A DNA stretch of 64,000 bases. It comes from Planctomycetota bacterium (lineage in GTDB: Bacteria > Planctomycetota > MHYJ01 > WSZJ01). Numbering within the stretch: position 1 is the stretch's first letter; each line of letters opens with the position of its first letter. The stretch spans positions 288,001 to 352,000 of the forward strand of contig JBBTCT010000022.1 in assembly GCA_038060895.1 (NCBI GenBank), in the 5' to 3' direction. The position numbers and the translations under genes are program-made. Shown here piece after piece: positions 11,723 through 21,404 of the stretch. A model generated the notes under the pieces. The model had not been told where the DNA came from. It made no database searches and saw nothing but the letters and a program-made list of their open reading frames with translations.

Positions 11723-14700
11723 CAGGTCGCCGTCCAGTCGCGCAGCATCCGGGTGAACGGCCCGCGAAGTCCGACGGACCCTTTCATCTCTATCAGGTCG
11801 CAGGCTTCCCGGGCCGCCCGCAGGCCGCCCGGAAGGTCACCCGCGGCCGCCCGGATGCGGGCTTCCTGTTCGAGGAGGAAGAGGCGGTCGCGGAACGGAA
11901 ACCGCGCGGGGTCGAGATGCGAACCCGCAACGCGGATTCCCTCCAGCGCCGTTTCGATTCTCCCGGCCTCGGCGTCGAGCCGGGCCAGGAGGGCGAGAGC
12001 CAGCGCGCGCAGCCGGGGATGCGAGAACTCGCCGGCCAGGGCGAGCGCTTCCTCGGCGACCGGCCGGGCCTCCGAAGCGCCGGTCGCCGCCGCCTGCAGG
12101 ATCAGCGCTTCCGCCACGTCTGCCCGCTGCGTGATCCTGCGTGCCAGCACAGCTGCTTCCGCAGCGCGCGCGGCCGCCGCCGCTGCGTTTCCTTCTCGGG
12201 ACTCGAGGTCGGCGAGGATGAGCAACCCCGCGAGGGAAGCCGCGGGCGCTTCGACGCCCGCCAATTCGCGGTCCAGTTCGGCCAGCGAAGCGCGCGCGGC
12301 CGCGACCTCCCCGAGGGCCAGTTGCGCCTCCGCGATCCCTGCGCGGCTGTGCGCCGCTCCGGCGCGGTCTCCATGGGATGTCGCCCGCGCCAGCCCCTCG
12401 AGGCACAGTCGAAGCGCTTCGCCGAATTCTCCCTGCCGCGAACGGTGCCGGCCGAGATTGACGAAGCTCAGGACGAGGCCGTGGCGGTCGTCAATGGCCT
12501 CCATGAGAGCCATCGCCTCGGCGTATTCGCGCGCCGCATCCTCGAAGGCGCCGAGTTCAGCGTGGATGCTCGCGATGTTGCCGAGGGTGGATGCGGCGCC
12601 GGCGCCCGTGCCGAATTTCCGGCGCAAGGCGAGGGCCTCCTGGAGCGCCTCGAGGGATTCCTCCATTTGTCCCATGCGCTCGAGCACCGCCCCGATGTTG
12701 TTCAGGCAGATGGCGGCGCCCTCGAGGTAGCCCGTTTCCTTCTGCAACTCCAGCGACTCACGGAAATTCGCTATCGCGTCCGCAAGATGCCCGCGTTCGA
12801 AGGCGATCGTGCCGATGTTGAGCAGCGCCGCCGCCATGCCTGAGCGGTTTCCCGAAGCGCGGTGGTAGGCGCAGGCCCGGCGGGCCACCACCAGCCCTTC
12901 TTCCGCCCGTCCGAGCCGCAGAAGACAATAGGAAGCGCATTCCATGGCGCTGGCCGCGCGGGAGCGCAGCCCAAGGGACTCGAAGACCTCCTCCGCCTGG
13001 CGGTAAGACTGAAGCCCGGCCTCGAACGCGCCGCCTCTTCGCCTGACCCAGCCCGAGTCCATGGCGATGTCTCCCTTGAGTCTGCGGAGGATCACAGATG
13101 AGGGATCCGGGGGGATTCTCTGAAACTCGGACTGCGCTTCCTGGAGGCAGCCCTCGGCCGTCGCGATCTCACCGAGGCGGTGCCAGTCGTCGAAAAGCTC
13201 GAGCAGGGCGGAGACGCGCCAGTGACCCGGAGGCGCCGTCGCCACCGCCTGCTGCGCCGCCGAGAGGCTGCCGCGCAGGTCGCCTCTTCTGCTGAGAATC
13301 CTGGAGCGGACGATGAAAGCCCGCGGAATCTCGTCCCCCTGCGCGTCGAACCGGTCCGCCTCGGCCAGCGCTTCGTCGGTCCGCCCGAGCCCCAGCAGGG
13401 CCTGGGCCGTCGCCGACCGCGCCGCGAACCCGCCGCCAAGGCGCGCCGCCTCGCGACACTGGGGAAGCGACTCCTCCCACGACCCGTCGCGCTGCGCCTC
13501 CGAGGCCGCTTCCATCCACAGCCGCGCCGCCGCCTTCGCGTTTCCCGCCTCGTCGTGGTGTCGTGCGGCCAGCGCCTTGACGCGTCGCCCGCCGTCGGCG
13601 ACGCGCGATTCCAGGAGTGCTGCCGTGGCGGCGTGGAGCCGGGAGCGCTCCTTCTTTGTGACGAGCGAGTAAGCGGCGTCTCGAAGCAGCGCGTGCTTGA
13701 AGACCTGCTGCCGATCACCCGGGAGGAGCGAGGAGTCCTGCGGGAAGACCATCTCGCGCCGGCGAGCCTCCGACAGCGCGTTTCGGACTTCGCGCTGCAG
13801 CAGGCTTCCGAGGAAGTCTTCCCAGAAGGTCCGTCCCACGACGCTTGCGCCCTTCAGCGCCTCCTTGTGTCCGTCGGGAAGAGCGTCGAGACGCGACACG
13901 AGAAGTCCCTGGAGTCCCTCGGGGATTCGTGAAGCGTCCTGGGCGAGCCGGAGGGGGCTTCCCTGGACGAGGTGATTTTCGAGAAGGAAGCGGGAGAGCT
14001 CTTCGACGTAGTAGGGATTCCCGCCGGTGCGCTCGACGACGGTGAGCCTCAGTTCGTCGGACATGGGCGCGCCAAGGGCGGATTCAGCGAGGGCGAGGGC
14101 TGCCGTGGCGTCGAGGTCGCCGAGCGCGACGGCTTCGAAGTTCTTCGGCAGGGCCGCGCCCGGCCGTGCGGTCGCCAGGATGGCCACGCGCGAGGACTTG
14201 AGCCGGGCGGGGAGGACTTCCAGCAACCCGAGAGTGCCGGGATCCGCCCAGTGCAAGTCCTCGACGCAGACCAGGAGGGGCCGCCGTGAGGCGCGGGCCT
14301 TCAGCCAGCGCTCCCACGCGTGATGCGTTTCCGCCTGCCGTTGCGCCGGCTCGATGCCGGTCACGCGGGCGCCGGCTACGGAATAGCCGAGCCCGGTCAC
14401 CATCAGGTGCGCCCAGTTTTCGCAGTCCGTCGGGGCGGCGCCTTCCAGGTCGGCCACGATCCGCTTCACCAGGACATCCGCGTCGCGCATGTCGAAACCC
14501 GAGACGCCGAATTCCGTCCGAAGCATTTCCCCGAAGGCGAACATCGGGAGCCGGAATCCGTCCAGCGCCCGGCCGACAAGCACCTGCCAGTCGGGGCCGG
14601 TTTTCCGAAGGGAGCGCCGCAGCTCGGCGAGGAGGCGGCTTTTTCCGACTCCGGGCGCGCCTTCGACGATGGCGAACGCGGGCGCGCGGGCGACGAGCTC

Positions 14701-15285
14701 GCGGAGGCGGGCGATCTCGGCGTCGCGGCCAACCAGCGGAGCCGACAGATCCGGGACGAGCCGGATCTCGGTCCGGCCCGGAAGCAGGTCGAGGGCCTCG
14801 AAGGCCTCGACCGGCTCCCGGCGTCCCTTGACGTGAAGGGGCTCGAGCGCCCGGAACCGGGCCGCGCGAGGGGCGAGGCGCTCGACGGTTTTCGAGACGA
14901 GTACGGCGCCGGGATCGGCGGCGGCCATGAGCCGCTGTGCCACGTTGACGGGGTCGCCCATGACGGTTGCGCGGTCGCCGCCGACGCTTCCGTAGAGAAC
15001 TTCACCGGTGTTCAGGCCGACGCGCAGCGGAGGGTCGCCGCGCGCAATTTCGAGCGCGGCACGGCACCCGCGCACCGGGTCGTCCTCGTGCGCCACCGGC
15101 GCGCCGAAGACGGCCATGACGGTATCGCCGATGAACTTGTCGATGGCGCCTCCGTGGCGCTCGATGACCGCGCGCAGCCTCGAAAATAAAACATCGGTCG
15201 CGGTGATGCGCTCCGCTTCGGGAAGCTCCCCGAGCCCCGCGGCCTGCGCGAACAGCACCGTCACGACGCGGCGTTCCTCAGTCAC
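11722..15285 (-). CDS. Class III cyclase-like + STAND AAA ATPase + TPR protein
   Basis: ERRVVTVLFA, KFIGDTVMAVFGAP, RVGLNTG, GDPVNVAQRL; Walker A GAPGVGKS; Walker B VEDLHWAD; GGNPYY; FKHALLRDAAY; TPRs. Confidence 0.92.
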   Translation of the reverse strand: MTEERRVVTVLFAQAAGLGELPEAERITATDVLFSRLRAVIERHGGAIDKFIGDTVMAVFGAPVAHEDDPVRGCRAALEIARGDPPLRVGLNTGEVLYGSVGGDRATVMGDPVNVAQRLMAAADPGAVLVSKTVERLAPRAARFRALEPLHVKGRREPVEAFEALDLLPGRTEIRLVPDLSAPLVGRDAEIARLRELVARAPAFAIVEGAPGVGKSRLLAELRRSLRKTGPDWQVLVGRALDGFRLPMFAFGEMLRTEFGVSGFDMRDADVLVKRIVADLEGAAPTDCENWAHLMVTGLGYSVAGARVTGIEPAQRQAETHHAWERWLKARASRRPLLVCVEDLHWADPGTLGLLEVLPARLKSSRVAILATARPGAALPKNFEAVALGDLDATAALALAESALGAPMSDELRLTVVERTGGNPYYVEELSRFLLENHLVQGSPLRLAQDASRIPEGLQGLLVSRLDALPDGHKEALKGASVVGRTFWEDFLGSLLQREVRNALSEARRREMVFPQDSSLLPGDRQQVFKHALLRDAAYSLVTKKERSRLHAATAALLESRVADGGRRVKALAARHHDEAGNAKAAARLWMEAASEAQRDGSWEESLPQCREAARLGGGFAARSATAQALLGLGRTDEALAEADRFDAQGDEIPRAFIVRSRILSRRGDLRGSLSAAQQAVATAPPGHWRVSALLELFDDWHRLGEIATAEGCLQEAQSEFQRIPPDPSSVILRRLKGDIAMDSGWVRRRGGAFEAGLQSYRQAEEVFESLGLRSRAASAMECASYCLLRLGRAEEGLVVARRACAYHRASGNRSGMAAALLNIGTIAFERGHLADAIANFRESLELQKETGYLEGAAICLNNIGAVLERMGQMEESLEALQEALALRRKFGTGAGAASTLGNIASIHAELGAFEDAAREYAEAMALMEAIDDRHGLVLSFVNLGRHRSRQGEFGEALRLCLEGLARATSHGDRAGAAHSRAGIAEAQLALGEVAAARASLAELDRELAGVEAPAASLAGLLILADLESREGNAAAAAARAAEAAVLARRITQRADVAEALILQAAATGASEARPVAEEALALAGEFSHPRLRALALALLARLDAEAGRIETALEGIRVAGSHLDPARFPFRDRLFLLEQEARIRAAAGDLPGGLRAAREACDLIEMKGSVGLRGPFTRMLRDWTAT

Positions 15286-15294
15286 GGCTGCAGT

Positions 15295-16332
15295 CTACTT
15301 CGACTTTTCCCACGCCTCTTTCGCCTTCGCCGCCCGCGAGCTTTCGGTCTTCACCGCTTCCTCCGCCCGGCGCAGTTCTTCACCACGCTTCGCAACCTCT
15401 TCCACGCCCCGCGCCTTTTCCGCATCAACAAGCCCGAGTCCCTGCCTTGTTTTTTCGATTTCGGCAGGATGCGACGCCAGGGCCGATTCCAACGCAACTA
15501 CCGCCTTCCTGGCTTTACCGAGGGCCGCTTCGGCTGCGGCGACCTTGCGCCTGGCGTCGCTGCTCCCGGAAGTCTTGCCGCCGCTTCCTTCACTCGCAAT
15601 CGAGGACTGCAGTTCCGTCTGGGCGGCATTGAGGTCCGTCTCGGCAGCGGCGACGACGTCCTTTGCTCCCGGCAGGGCCTCCTCGGCATCCTTGATCTCG
15701 CCCTCAAGGCGATCGATCTTTGTCAGATCCGCGCTCTTTTGTGCCTCCGTTCGGGCGACTCTTGCCTGCGCGGCCGCGAGCACGGTCTTCGCTTCGGTTC
15801 GGGCGGAAGAGAGGACTTCGACCTGCTTGAGGGACGAGCGCCAGGCATGTTCGAGGGGCTTGTACCAGCGACCGTCGAGCTTCAGGTACCCGCGCCCCGG
15901 ATAATAGGTGTCCGGGTTCTGCCAAACGCCGCTGACCAGGTGGTAATCCTGTCGTTCGAGTTCGTCCGAGGCGGCCTTGAGGGTGGGGTCGAGTTTCCAG
16001 GCTTCGAGGCAGTGCAGCACCGCCTCTCCGGCGAGGCCGCGGCTGCCGGCCCACACGCCCATTTCGGCCTGGGCGGCGGCGTTCTTCGAGTCGAGTCTGG
16101 CGAGGCGCTCCTTGTACTCTTGCGCGGGCGTGGACTTCTTCTCGATGGAGGCCACATCCTTGCGGTCGATCGTCAGGGCGCCGTTCTTCACCTTTATCTT
16201 CAGGACCTTTTCATCGTCCTGGATGATTTCCCCGTCGAGGACGCGCCCGTCCTTGAGCTTGATGACGTCAGCAAACGTCAAAGTCGGGAGCGCCAGGAGC
16301 AGGGATACCCGGCAGACGGAATTCCATGTCAT
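15295..16332 (-). CDS. Secreted coiled-coil hypothetical protein
   Basis: Signal peptide then DVIKLKDGRVLDGEI motif; long Ala/Glu/Lys-rich helical C-terminus. Confidence 0.75.
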   Translation of the reverse strand: MTWNSVCRVSLLLALPTLTFADVIKLKDGRVLDGEIIQDDEKVLKIKVKNGALTIDRKDVASIEKKSTPAQEYKERLARLDSKNAAAQAEMGVWAGSRGLAGEAVLHCLEAWKLDPTLKAASDELERQDYHLVSGVWQNPDTYYPGRGYLKLDGRWYKPLEHAWRSSLKQVEVLSSARTEAKTVLAAAQARVARTEAQKSADLTKIDRLEGEIKDAEEALPGAKDVVAAAETDLNAAQTELQSSIASEGSGGKTSGSSDARRKVAAAEAALGKARKAVVALESALASHPAEIEKTRQGLGLVDAEKARGVEEVAKRGEELRRAEEAVKTESSRAAKAKEAWEKSK

Positions 16333-16481
16333 CAGATCCTCCTGCGGATAGTCGCAAGGGAGTCGATTCTACGCTCCGAAGGACCAGGAACCACGGGCGT
16401 GAATTCGCGGGAAATCCTGAAGCAGGTCCCAAGTCTTTCCCAGCCTGTGCTTTGCAATTCACAAATTTCTCAAAGTGCCGC

Positions 16482-16510
16482 TTGCATAGTGTCGATATAC
16501 ACAGTATCAT
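16482..16510 (+). promoter_or_regulatory. sigma70-type lexA promoter with overlapping palindromic operator candidate
   Basis: TTGCAT-17bp-TATCAT; spacer contains GTGTCGATATACAC(AG). Confidence 0.6.
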
Positions 16511-16556
16511 GAAGCGCATCACGAGTGAAGTACACACCCCCATTGACGAGGATGCG

Positions 16557-17168
16557 ATGCCCGAAGGACTGACGCCCAAGCAGCAGGAGATCTTCAACTT
16601 CCTCTGCCGCCACATTCGTGAGCACGGCTTTCCTCCGTCGTACGAGGAGATCGGGGAGCAGTTCGGGTTCGCTTCGCCGAACGCCGTGACGGGGCACCTC
16701 AAGGCGCTGGAACGCAAGGGCTTCATCCGCAGGAGCGAGAAGTCTCGCGCGCTCGAAATCACGGATCCGTCGTTCCGGCAGAGCGGCATCCCCATAATCG
16801 GGACGGTCGCGGCCGGCACTCCGATCCTGGCCATCGAGAACCGCGAGGGGACTCTCGCCATAGAGGAAATGTTCGGATCCTCGGGCGACCTGTTCGCGCT
16901 CCGCGTCCGCGGCGAGAGCATGGTCGGCGCCGGCATCAACCCAGGTGATTTCGTCGTCGTCCGGCCGATGCCCGTCGTCGAGTCCGGCCAGATCGGCGTC
17001 GCGTTCATTGACGGGGAGGCGACCGTGAAACGGATCTTCAAGGAGCCGGCCGGATGGAGGCTTCAGCCGGAAAACTCCGGCATGGAGCCGATCTGGGTCA
17101 GCAAGGACGATGCAACGTTCTGGATCGGCGGCAAAGTTGTCGGCGTCGTGCGCCGGATCCAGCTGTAA
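16557..17168 (+). CDS. lexA: SOS repressor LexA
   Basis: LTPKQQEI..GFPPSYEEIG..HLKALERKGFI wHTH; VAAG cleavage site; RGESM Ser; ATVKR Lys. Confidence 0.96.
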   Translation: MPEGLTPKQQEIFNFLCRHIREHGFPPSYEEIGEQFGFASPNAVTGHLKALERKGFIRRSEKSRALEITDPSFRQSGIPIIGTVAAGTPILAIENREGTLAIEEMFGSSGDLFALRVRGESMVGAGINPGDFVVVRPMPVVESGQIGVAFIDGEATVKRIFKEPAGWRLQPENSGMEPIWVSKDDATFWIGGKVVGVVRRIQL

Positions 17169-17228
17169 GTTCATCGATTGAAAGTTCGGTGTTTGTCAGG
17201 TGGTTAAGTAAACATCTACAGGTAGGGG

Positions 17229-17843
17229 ATGACTTCCATGCTTGCTACTAGAGGTTTGGCGGCGGCCTTCGGAAATGCTGGTCGCTTTCGCCGCACCGAT
17301 CACTCCTCCGTGCCCGTCGCCGATCAGCAGCACCTCGCCGAAATCGTCGCACGCCGTGCCGACGACGTCCGCACCGCATTCAACGAAGCTCCCACGATTC
17401 TGATCGAGGAGGCTGGAACCGCCTTTCTCGTCACCCGCGCAGATCCCGACGAAGTCTCCCTTCTCCTCCACGCCCTCCCGGGCGAAATCGAGATTGGAGT
17501 CGCCGAGGAGCCCACCTATCCACTCCTCTCCTCCGTCGCGTCTCTTCGCACCTCCGGCGCCCCCCGAGCGGCCGGAATCGTCTTCGACATCGCCAGGCCA
17601 GCCAGCATCCAGCTCTTCCGCCAGATGATCTCCCAGCCCTACGTTGACCTCGTCGTCCTCGACCCGGAATCCCGCTTTCTCGCCGCCTACCGGTTCGAGC
17701 TCACCCTCTTCACCCGGGCGCGGGCCCACCGCTCCCTCGACCAGGCCCGTCGGCACCTGGACTCCCTCGCCCTCGAAAAGCGTTCCTTCAGGATCGCCAT
17801 GGACGAACTCCAGGCGTACGTGGACCGGACCCTGACCGCGTGA
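17229..17843 (+). CDS. Hypothetical protein between lexA and recA
   Basis: 204-aa ORF filling the lexA-recA gap, co-oriented, coding-like codon bias. Confidence 0.7.
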   Translation: MTSMLATRGLAAAFGNAGRFRRTDHSSVPVADQQHLAEIVARRADDVRTAFNEAPTILIEEAGTAFLVTRADPDEVSLLLHALPGEIEIGVAEEPTYPLLSSVASLRTSGAPRAAGIVFDIARPASIQLFRQMISQPYVDLVVLDPESRFLAAYRFELTLFTRARAHRSLDQARRHLDSLALEKRSFRIAMDELQAYVDRTLTA

Positions 17844-17913
17844 GCTCCCGCCCGGCCGTGTCGTTTGTGATCTTCCAACAACTCACCCAATCGTGACCCA
17901 CCCAGGAGGAATC

Positions 17914-18981
17914 GTGTCCAACAAGCCCGCCGTCAAACCCGTCAACAAGGACCTCATGAAGGAAGTCGAGCGCCAGAAGTCCCGCGCGCTCGAAGCCGTG
18001 GTCGCTGAAATCCAGAAGCGCTACGGCGCCGGCGCCGTCATGCGCCTCGGCTCCGACGACATCGTCCCGATCGAGGTGATCAACACCGGCGCCCTGTCGC
18101 TCGACCTCGCCCTCGGCATCGGCGGCGTCCCCCGCGGACGCGTCGTCGAAATCTTCGGCCCCGAGTCCGGCGGAAAAACCACCTTGTCGCTTCACATCAT
18201 CGCCAACGCCCAGGCGCACGGCGGCGTCGCCGCTTTCATCGACGCGGAACACGCCATTGACCCGGCTTACGCCGCCAAGCTCGGTGTGTGCACGGACCAG
18301 CTCCTCCTCTCCCAGCCCGACTCCGGCGAACAGGCCCTCGAAATTGCCGAAGCCCTCGTCAACTCCAACGCCGTGGACGTCGTCGTCGTTGACTCCGTTG
18401 CCGCCCTCGTCCCCCGGCAGGAACTCGAAGGCGAAATGGGCGACGCTTCCATGGGTCTCCAGGCTCGCCTCATGTCCCAGGCTCTCCGCAAACTGACCGC
18501 CTCGATCGCCCGATCCAAGACCTGCGTCATCTTCATCAACCAGATCCGCGAAAAGATCGGTGGCTACGGCAACCCCGAAACCACGACGGGTGGCCGCGCC
18601 CTCAAGTTCTACTCCTCCGTCCGCATCGAGGTCCGCCGCGTCACGTCCATCAAGAGCGGCGAGGAAACCGTGGGCAATCGCGTGAAAGCCACCGTGGTGA
18701 AAAACAAGTGCGCACCCCCCTTCCGCAAGACCGAGTTCGACATCATCTTCGGCCGCGGCATCGTCCACTCGCGCGACCTCCTCGACACCGCCGCTGAACT
18801 CAAGGTCGTCGACAAGTCCGGCACCTGGTTCACCTACGGCGACGTCCGCCTCGGCCAGGGCCGCGAAAATTCCGCAGCCTTCCTCGAAGCCAATCCCGAT
18901 GTCTTGGCGAAGCTCGAAGAAGCGACCCGGAAGATTGCCTGCCCCACCCCTGAACCTGAACCTGTCCGCGAAGCTTCCTAA
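17914..18981 (+). CDS. recA: Recombinase RecA
   Basis: [41 protein letters not shown]; GTG start after AGGAGG. Confidence 0.98.
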   Translation: MSNKPAVKPVNKDLMKEVERQKSRALEAVVAEIQKRYGAGAVMRLGSDDIVPIEVINTGALSLDLALGIGGVPRGRVVEIFGPESGGKTTLSLHIIANAQAHGGVAAFIDAEHAIDPAYAAKLGVCTDQLLLSQPDSGEQALEIAEALVNSNAVDVVVVDSVAALVPRQELEGEMGDASMGLQARLMSQALRKLTASIARSKTCVIFINQIREKIGGYGNPETTTGGRALKFYSSVRIEVRRVTSIKSGEETVGNRVKATVVKNKCAPPFRKTEFDIIFGRGIVHSRDLLDTAAELKVVDKSGTWFTYGDVRLGQGRENSAAFLEANPDVLAKLEEATRKIACPTPEPEPVREAS

Positions 18982-18994
18982 ACTGAGGAATCCC

Positions 18995-19051
18995 ATGCGC
19001 ACGCTCTGGCTCCTGATCCTCGTACCGGCCGCCCTCATCGCCGCAATCTAG
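18995..19051 (+). CDS. Putative 18-aa hydrophobic small protein (MRTLWLLILVPAALIAAI)
   Basis: GAGGA SD 4-5 nt before ATG, 13 nt after recA stop; single TM-like helix. Confidence 0.45.
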   Translation: MRTLWLLILVPAALIAAI

Positions 19052-19059
19052 CCCTCTCC

Positions 19060-19208
19060 GCCCCGCCTTCGCCCACGCCTGCGCGCCTTCGGCGCTCCGG
19101 CGGGGCTTCGGCGGGCTTTGCCCGACGGCCCTCGCTTCTTCCCCGGGAGCGAGGGCCGGACTTTGGGCCAGGCCGCTCGGCACTCGCCGCTGGCCACTGC
19201 TTTTTTTT
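19060..19208 (+). terminator. GC-rich multi-hairpin region ending in a T8 tract (recA transcript 3' end; includes REP-like CTTCG hairpins)
   Basis: ccgccttcg...cttcggcgg and ggccctcgct-N11-agcgagggcc stems, then TTTTTTTT at 19201-19208. Confidence 0.45.
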
Positions 19209-19281
19209 CGTGATTGAATGCGCCGCCCTTCCTCCAGGTGCGATGAAGGGATGGCCTTCTTTACGGGAAAGGGCGGGAACT

Positions 19282-20106
19282 TTGGGTCGTGTTGTGACTT
19301 GCGGCGGCCTCACCCTCGAGGGAACGAGCGTTTCCACGCTCGAGACCTGTATCGCGGTCCGCGAGCTCAACCTCTGTTTCGACATCGGCAAAGGCCCGCG
19401 CTACGCCGTCGGGATGGACCACGTCCTCCTCACCCACGCCCACCAGGACCACGCCGTGGGGATCGCGCTCCACATCGCCTCGCGAAAACTCCTCGATCTC
19501 CCGCCGCCACTGATTTACCTCCCTGAACAGATCGTGGAGGACATGCGGAACCTCATCTCCGCCTGGGAGCGCCTCGAGCGCAGGAAAACGAAGTACACGC
19601 TCATTGGCGTGCGCCCCGGAGTGCGCTACGACATGCGCAAAGGCCTCTTCTTCCGCACGTTCCCCACCGAGCACTCGCTTCCCAGCACCGGATTCCAGGT
19701 CTTCGAAGAGCGTCGGAAGCTGCGGCCGGAATACATCGGGCTCGACGGGCCTGCGATCGTCGAATTGAAAGAGCGCGGCGTCGAAATCACGGACCCCGTG
19801 GAAATCGCGGTCGTGACATTCATCGGTGACTCGACCATCACCCCCCTCGACCGCTTCCCCGAAATGCTCAAGAGCCAGGTCGTCATCATGGAGTGCACGT
19901 TCCTGGCGCCGGAGGACAGGCCGATGGCGAAAAAGAAGCGGCACACCCACCTCGCCGACATCATCGAGCGCGCTGACAAGTTCGCGGGGTGCGAGCACCT
20001 CGTCCTGTCGCACTTCAGCACGCGCTACACGCGCGAGGACGTGAACCGTGAGCTGGCGGCGGCACTGCCGGAGTCGCTGAAGGGAAAAACCAAGGTGCTG
20101 TACTAA
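19282..20106 (+). CDS. Metallo-beta-lactamase fold tRNase Z-like ribonuclease (TM-type)
   Basis: LEGTSVSTLETC, FDIG, THAHQDH, GDS, ECTF, HTH, SHFSTRY; start uncertain (ORF open from 19210). Confidence 0.8.
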   Translation: MGRVVTCGGLTLEGTSVSTLETCIAVRELNLCFDIGKGPRYAVGMDHVLLTHAHQDHAVGIALHIASRKLLDLPPPLIYLPEQIVEDMRNLISAWERLERRKTKYTLIGVRPGVRYDMRKGLFFRTFPTEHSLPSTGFQVFEERRKLRPEYIGLDGPAIVELKERGVEITDPVEIAVVTFIGDSTITPLDRFPEMLKSQVVIMECTFLAPEDRPMAKKKRHTHLADIIERADKFAGCEHLVLSHFSTRYTREDVNRELAAALPESLKGKTKVLY

Positions 20107-21245
20107 TACCTGAGCATCGCGCCGATCTTGCCGTGTTCCGCCAGCGCGCATCCCTCGGGCAGAATCCGGATCGCACCGCCCTGGTGAACCGTCTGGGCCA
20201 CCGCCTCGTCCACGACATCCGCCGCCTCGACAGTCGGCCCTGAGCACCGCGGGCAGGTCATCTCTTTTTCAAGCAGGATGGAGCACGCATCGCAGTGGCG
20301 GCCCGCGTGGGTAAAATCCTCGGTGACGAGAAGCGTCTGGACGCGGCGGTCGTTGAGAGCGCTGAGCGTGTTTTTGAGGCCGGTGACGGCGAGGCCACCG
20401 TTGGTGCGGGCGGCGCCGGCGAGGCGGCGCACGAGGTCGTCTCGGCGGTTCTTTTCCTCCGTCGTGACCAGCTCGACCGTCTTCGCGCGGACTTCCTCGC
20501 GCGTTGCCGCGCGGACGTCGATTCGGAAGCGACCCGCGACGCGCTCGGCGACGTAGGAGTGGAGGTGGCGTTCGAAGCCGTTGATTTCGTCGAGGTGGCC
20601 GCCGAGCACCAGGTATTCGAAAGGCGCGGACTGGAAGGCGTGAAGGAGACGGTCGGCGGCGTCCTGGTAGTGGTGATGGACCGCTTCGTCGTGGCGGTGC
20701 TCTACCCGACTGGTGTCCTTCCCCTGGAAGCCGCCCTTCTTGATGCGGCTGCCCGTGTCGTGAGTCACGTCGAAAAGATCCTGGATCTCCTCACCGTGAA
20801 CCGAGTAGGCGCGCGAGCGATGCTGATCGACGAGAATCGTAACCGCGTGCGGGGATTGGGCGAGAAGCGCCTGGAGCGGACGCAGGTAAGGTGTCGGGCC
20901 AACGAGAAGGGTGGCTTTGAAGCCGTGGGGAAGCGACCACTTCTGGAAGAAGTCCCTTCCGGCGCAGGAAAAGGCGGCGAGCCCGCGCTCGCCGGCGCGG
21001 GTGAAAGCGTGGCCTGAGAGGGAATCGTGAAGGCGCTCCAGATCGGACTCGACGGACTTGAGCTGGTCGTGGGTGAGGCCCGCGCTTTTCAGTTCGGAGA
21101 GGCGCTCACGGGTGAGGTCCTTGAGGAGCGTGAGGAGGGCTGGCTTGGAGAAGCGCTTCGGGTCCGTGTTGAGGTAAAGCGAAGAGACGAGGAGAGGCGC
21201 GGGGCTGAACCTGGAGAGGTCGGCGAGCTGGGCGGGATTCAGCAT
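20103..21245 (-). CDS. Bacterial archaeo-eukaryotic release factor-like protein (baeRF / eRF1 fold) with Zn-ribbon
   Basis: VSSLYLN, GLAAFSC, PYLRPL, KKGGFQ loop, LVLGG, LAVTGL, CDAC..CPRC, GKIGAMLRY C-terminus; start at MLNPAQ. Confidence 0.82.
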   Translation of the reverse strand: MLNPAQLADLSRFSPAPLLVSSLYLNTDPKRFSKPALLTLLKDLTRERLSELKSAGLTHDQLKSVESDLERLHDSLSGHAFTRAGERGLAAFSCAGRDFFQKWSLPHGFKATLLVGPTPYLRPLQALLAQSPHAVTILVDQHRSRAYSVHGEEIQDLFDVTHDTGSRIKKGGFQGKDTSRVEHRHDEAVHHHYQDAADRLLHAFQSAPFEYLVLGGHLDEINGFERHLHSYVAERVAGRFRIDVRAATREEVRAKTVELVTTEEKNRRDDLVRRLAGAARTNGGLAVTGLKNTLSALNDRRVQTLLVTEDFTHAGRHCDACSILLEKEMTCPRCSGPTVEAADVVDEAVAQTVHQGGAIRILPEGCALAEHGKIGAMLRY

Positions 21246-21404
21246 GAAGCGCTCCGACGAATGGGGTGGAGGGGAGCGGGCCGCGTGAGTGGGGGATTGT
21301 AGCGGGAGTGATGGGGAATTGAGTGATTTGGTTTGGTGAGGAGATTGAGTTATTTGCTTTTCGATTCGCCGGGCCCGTTCTCCATCCGCTAGAGTCACCG
21401 CGCC

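Noticed and set aside
10292-15285. Orphan TPR genes as DNA-level shufflon cassettes for the STAND gene
   Set aside because: The shared motif is conserved in protein but differs at synonymous sites; no identical recombination repeats or recombinase in the window
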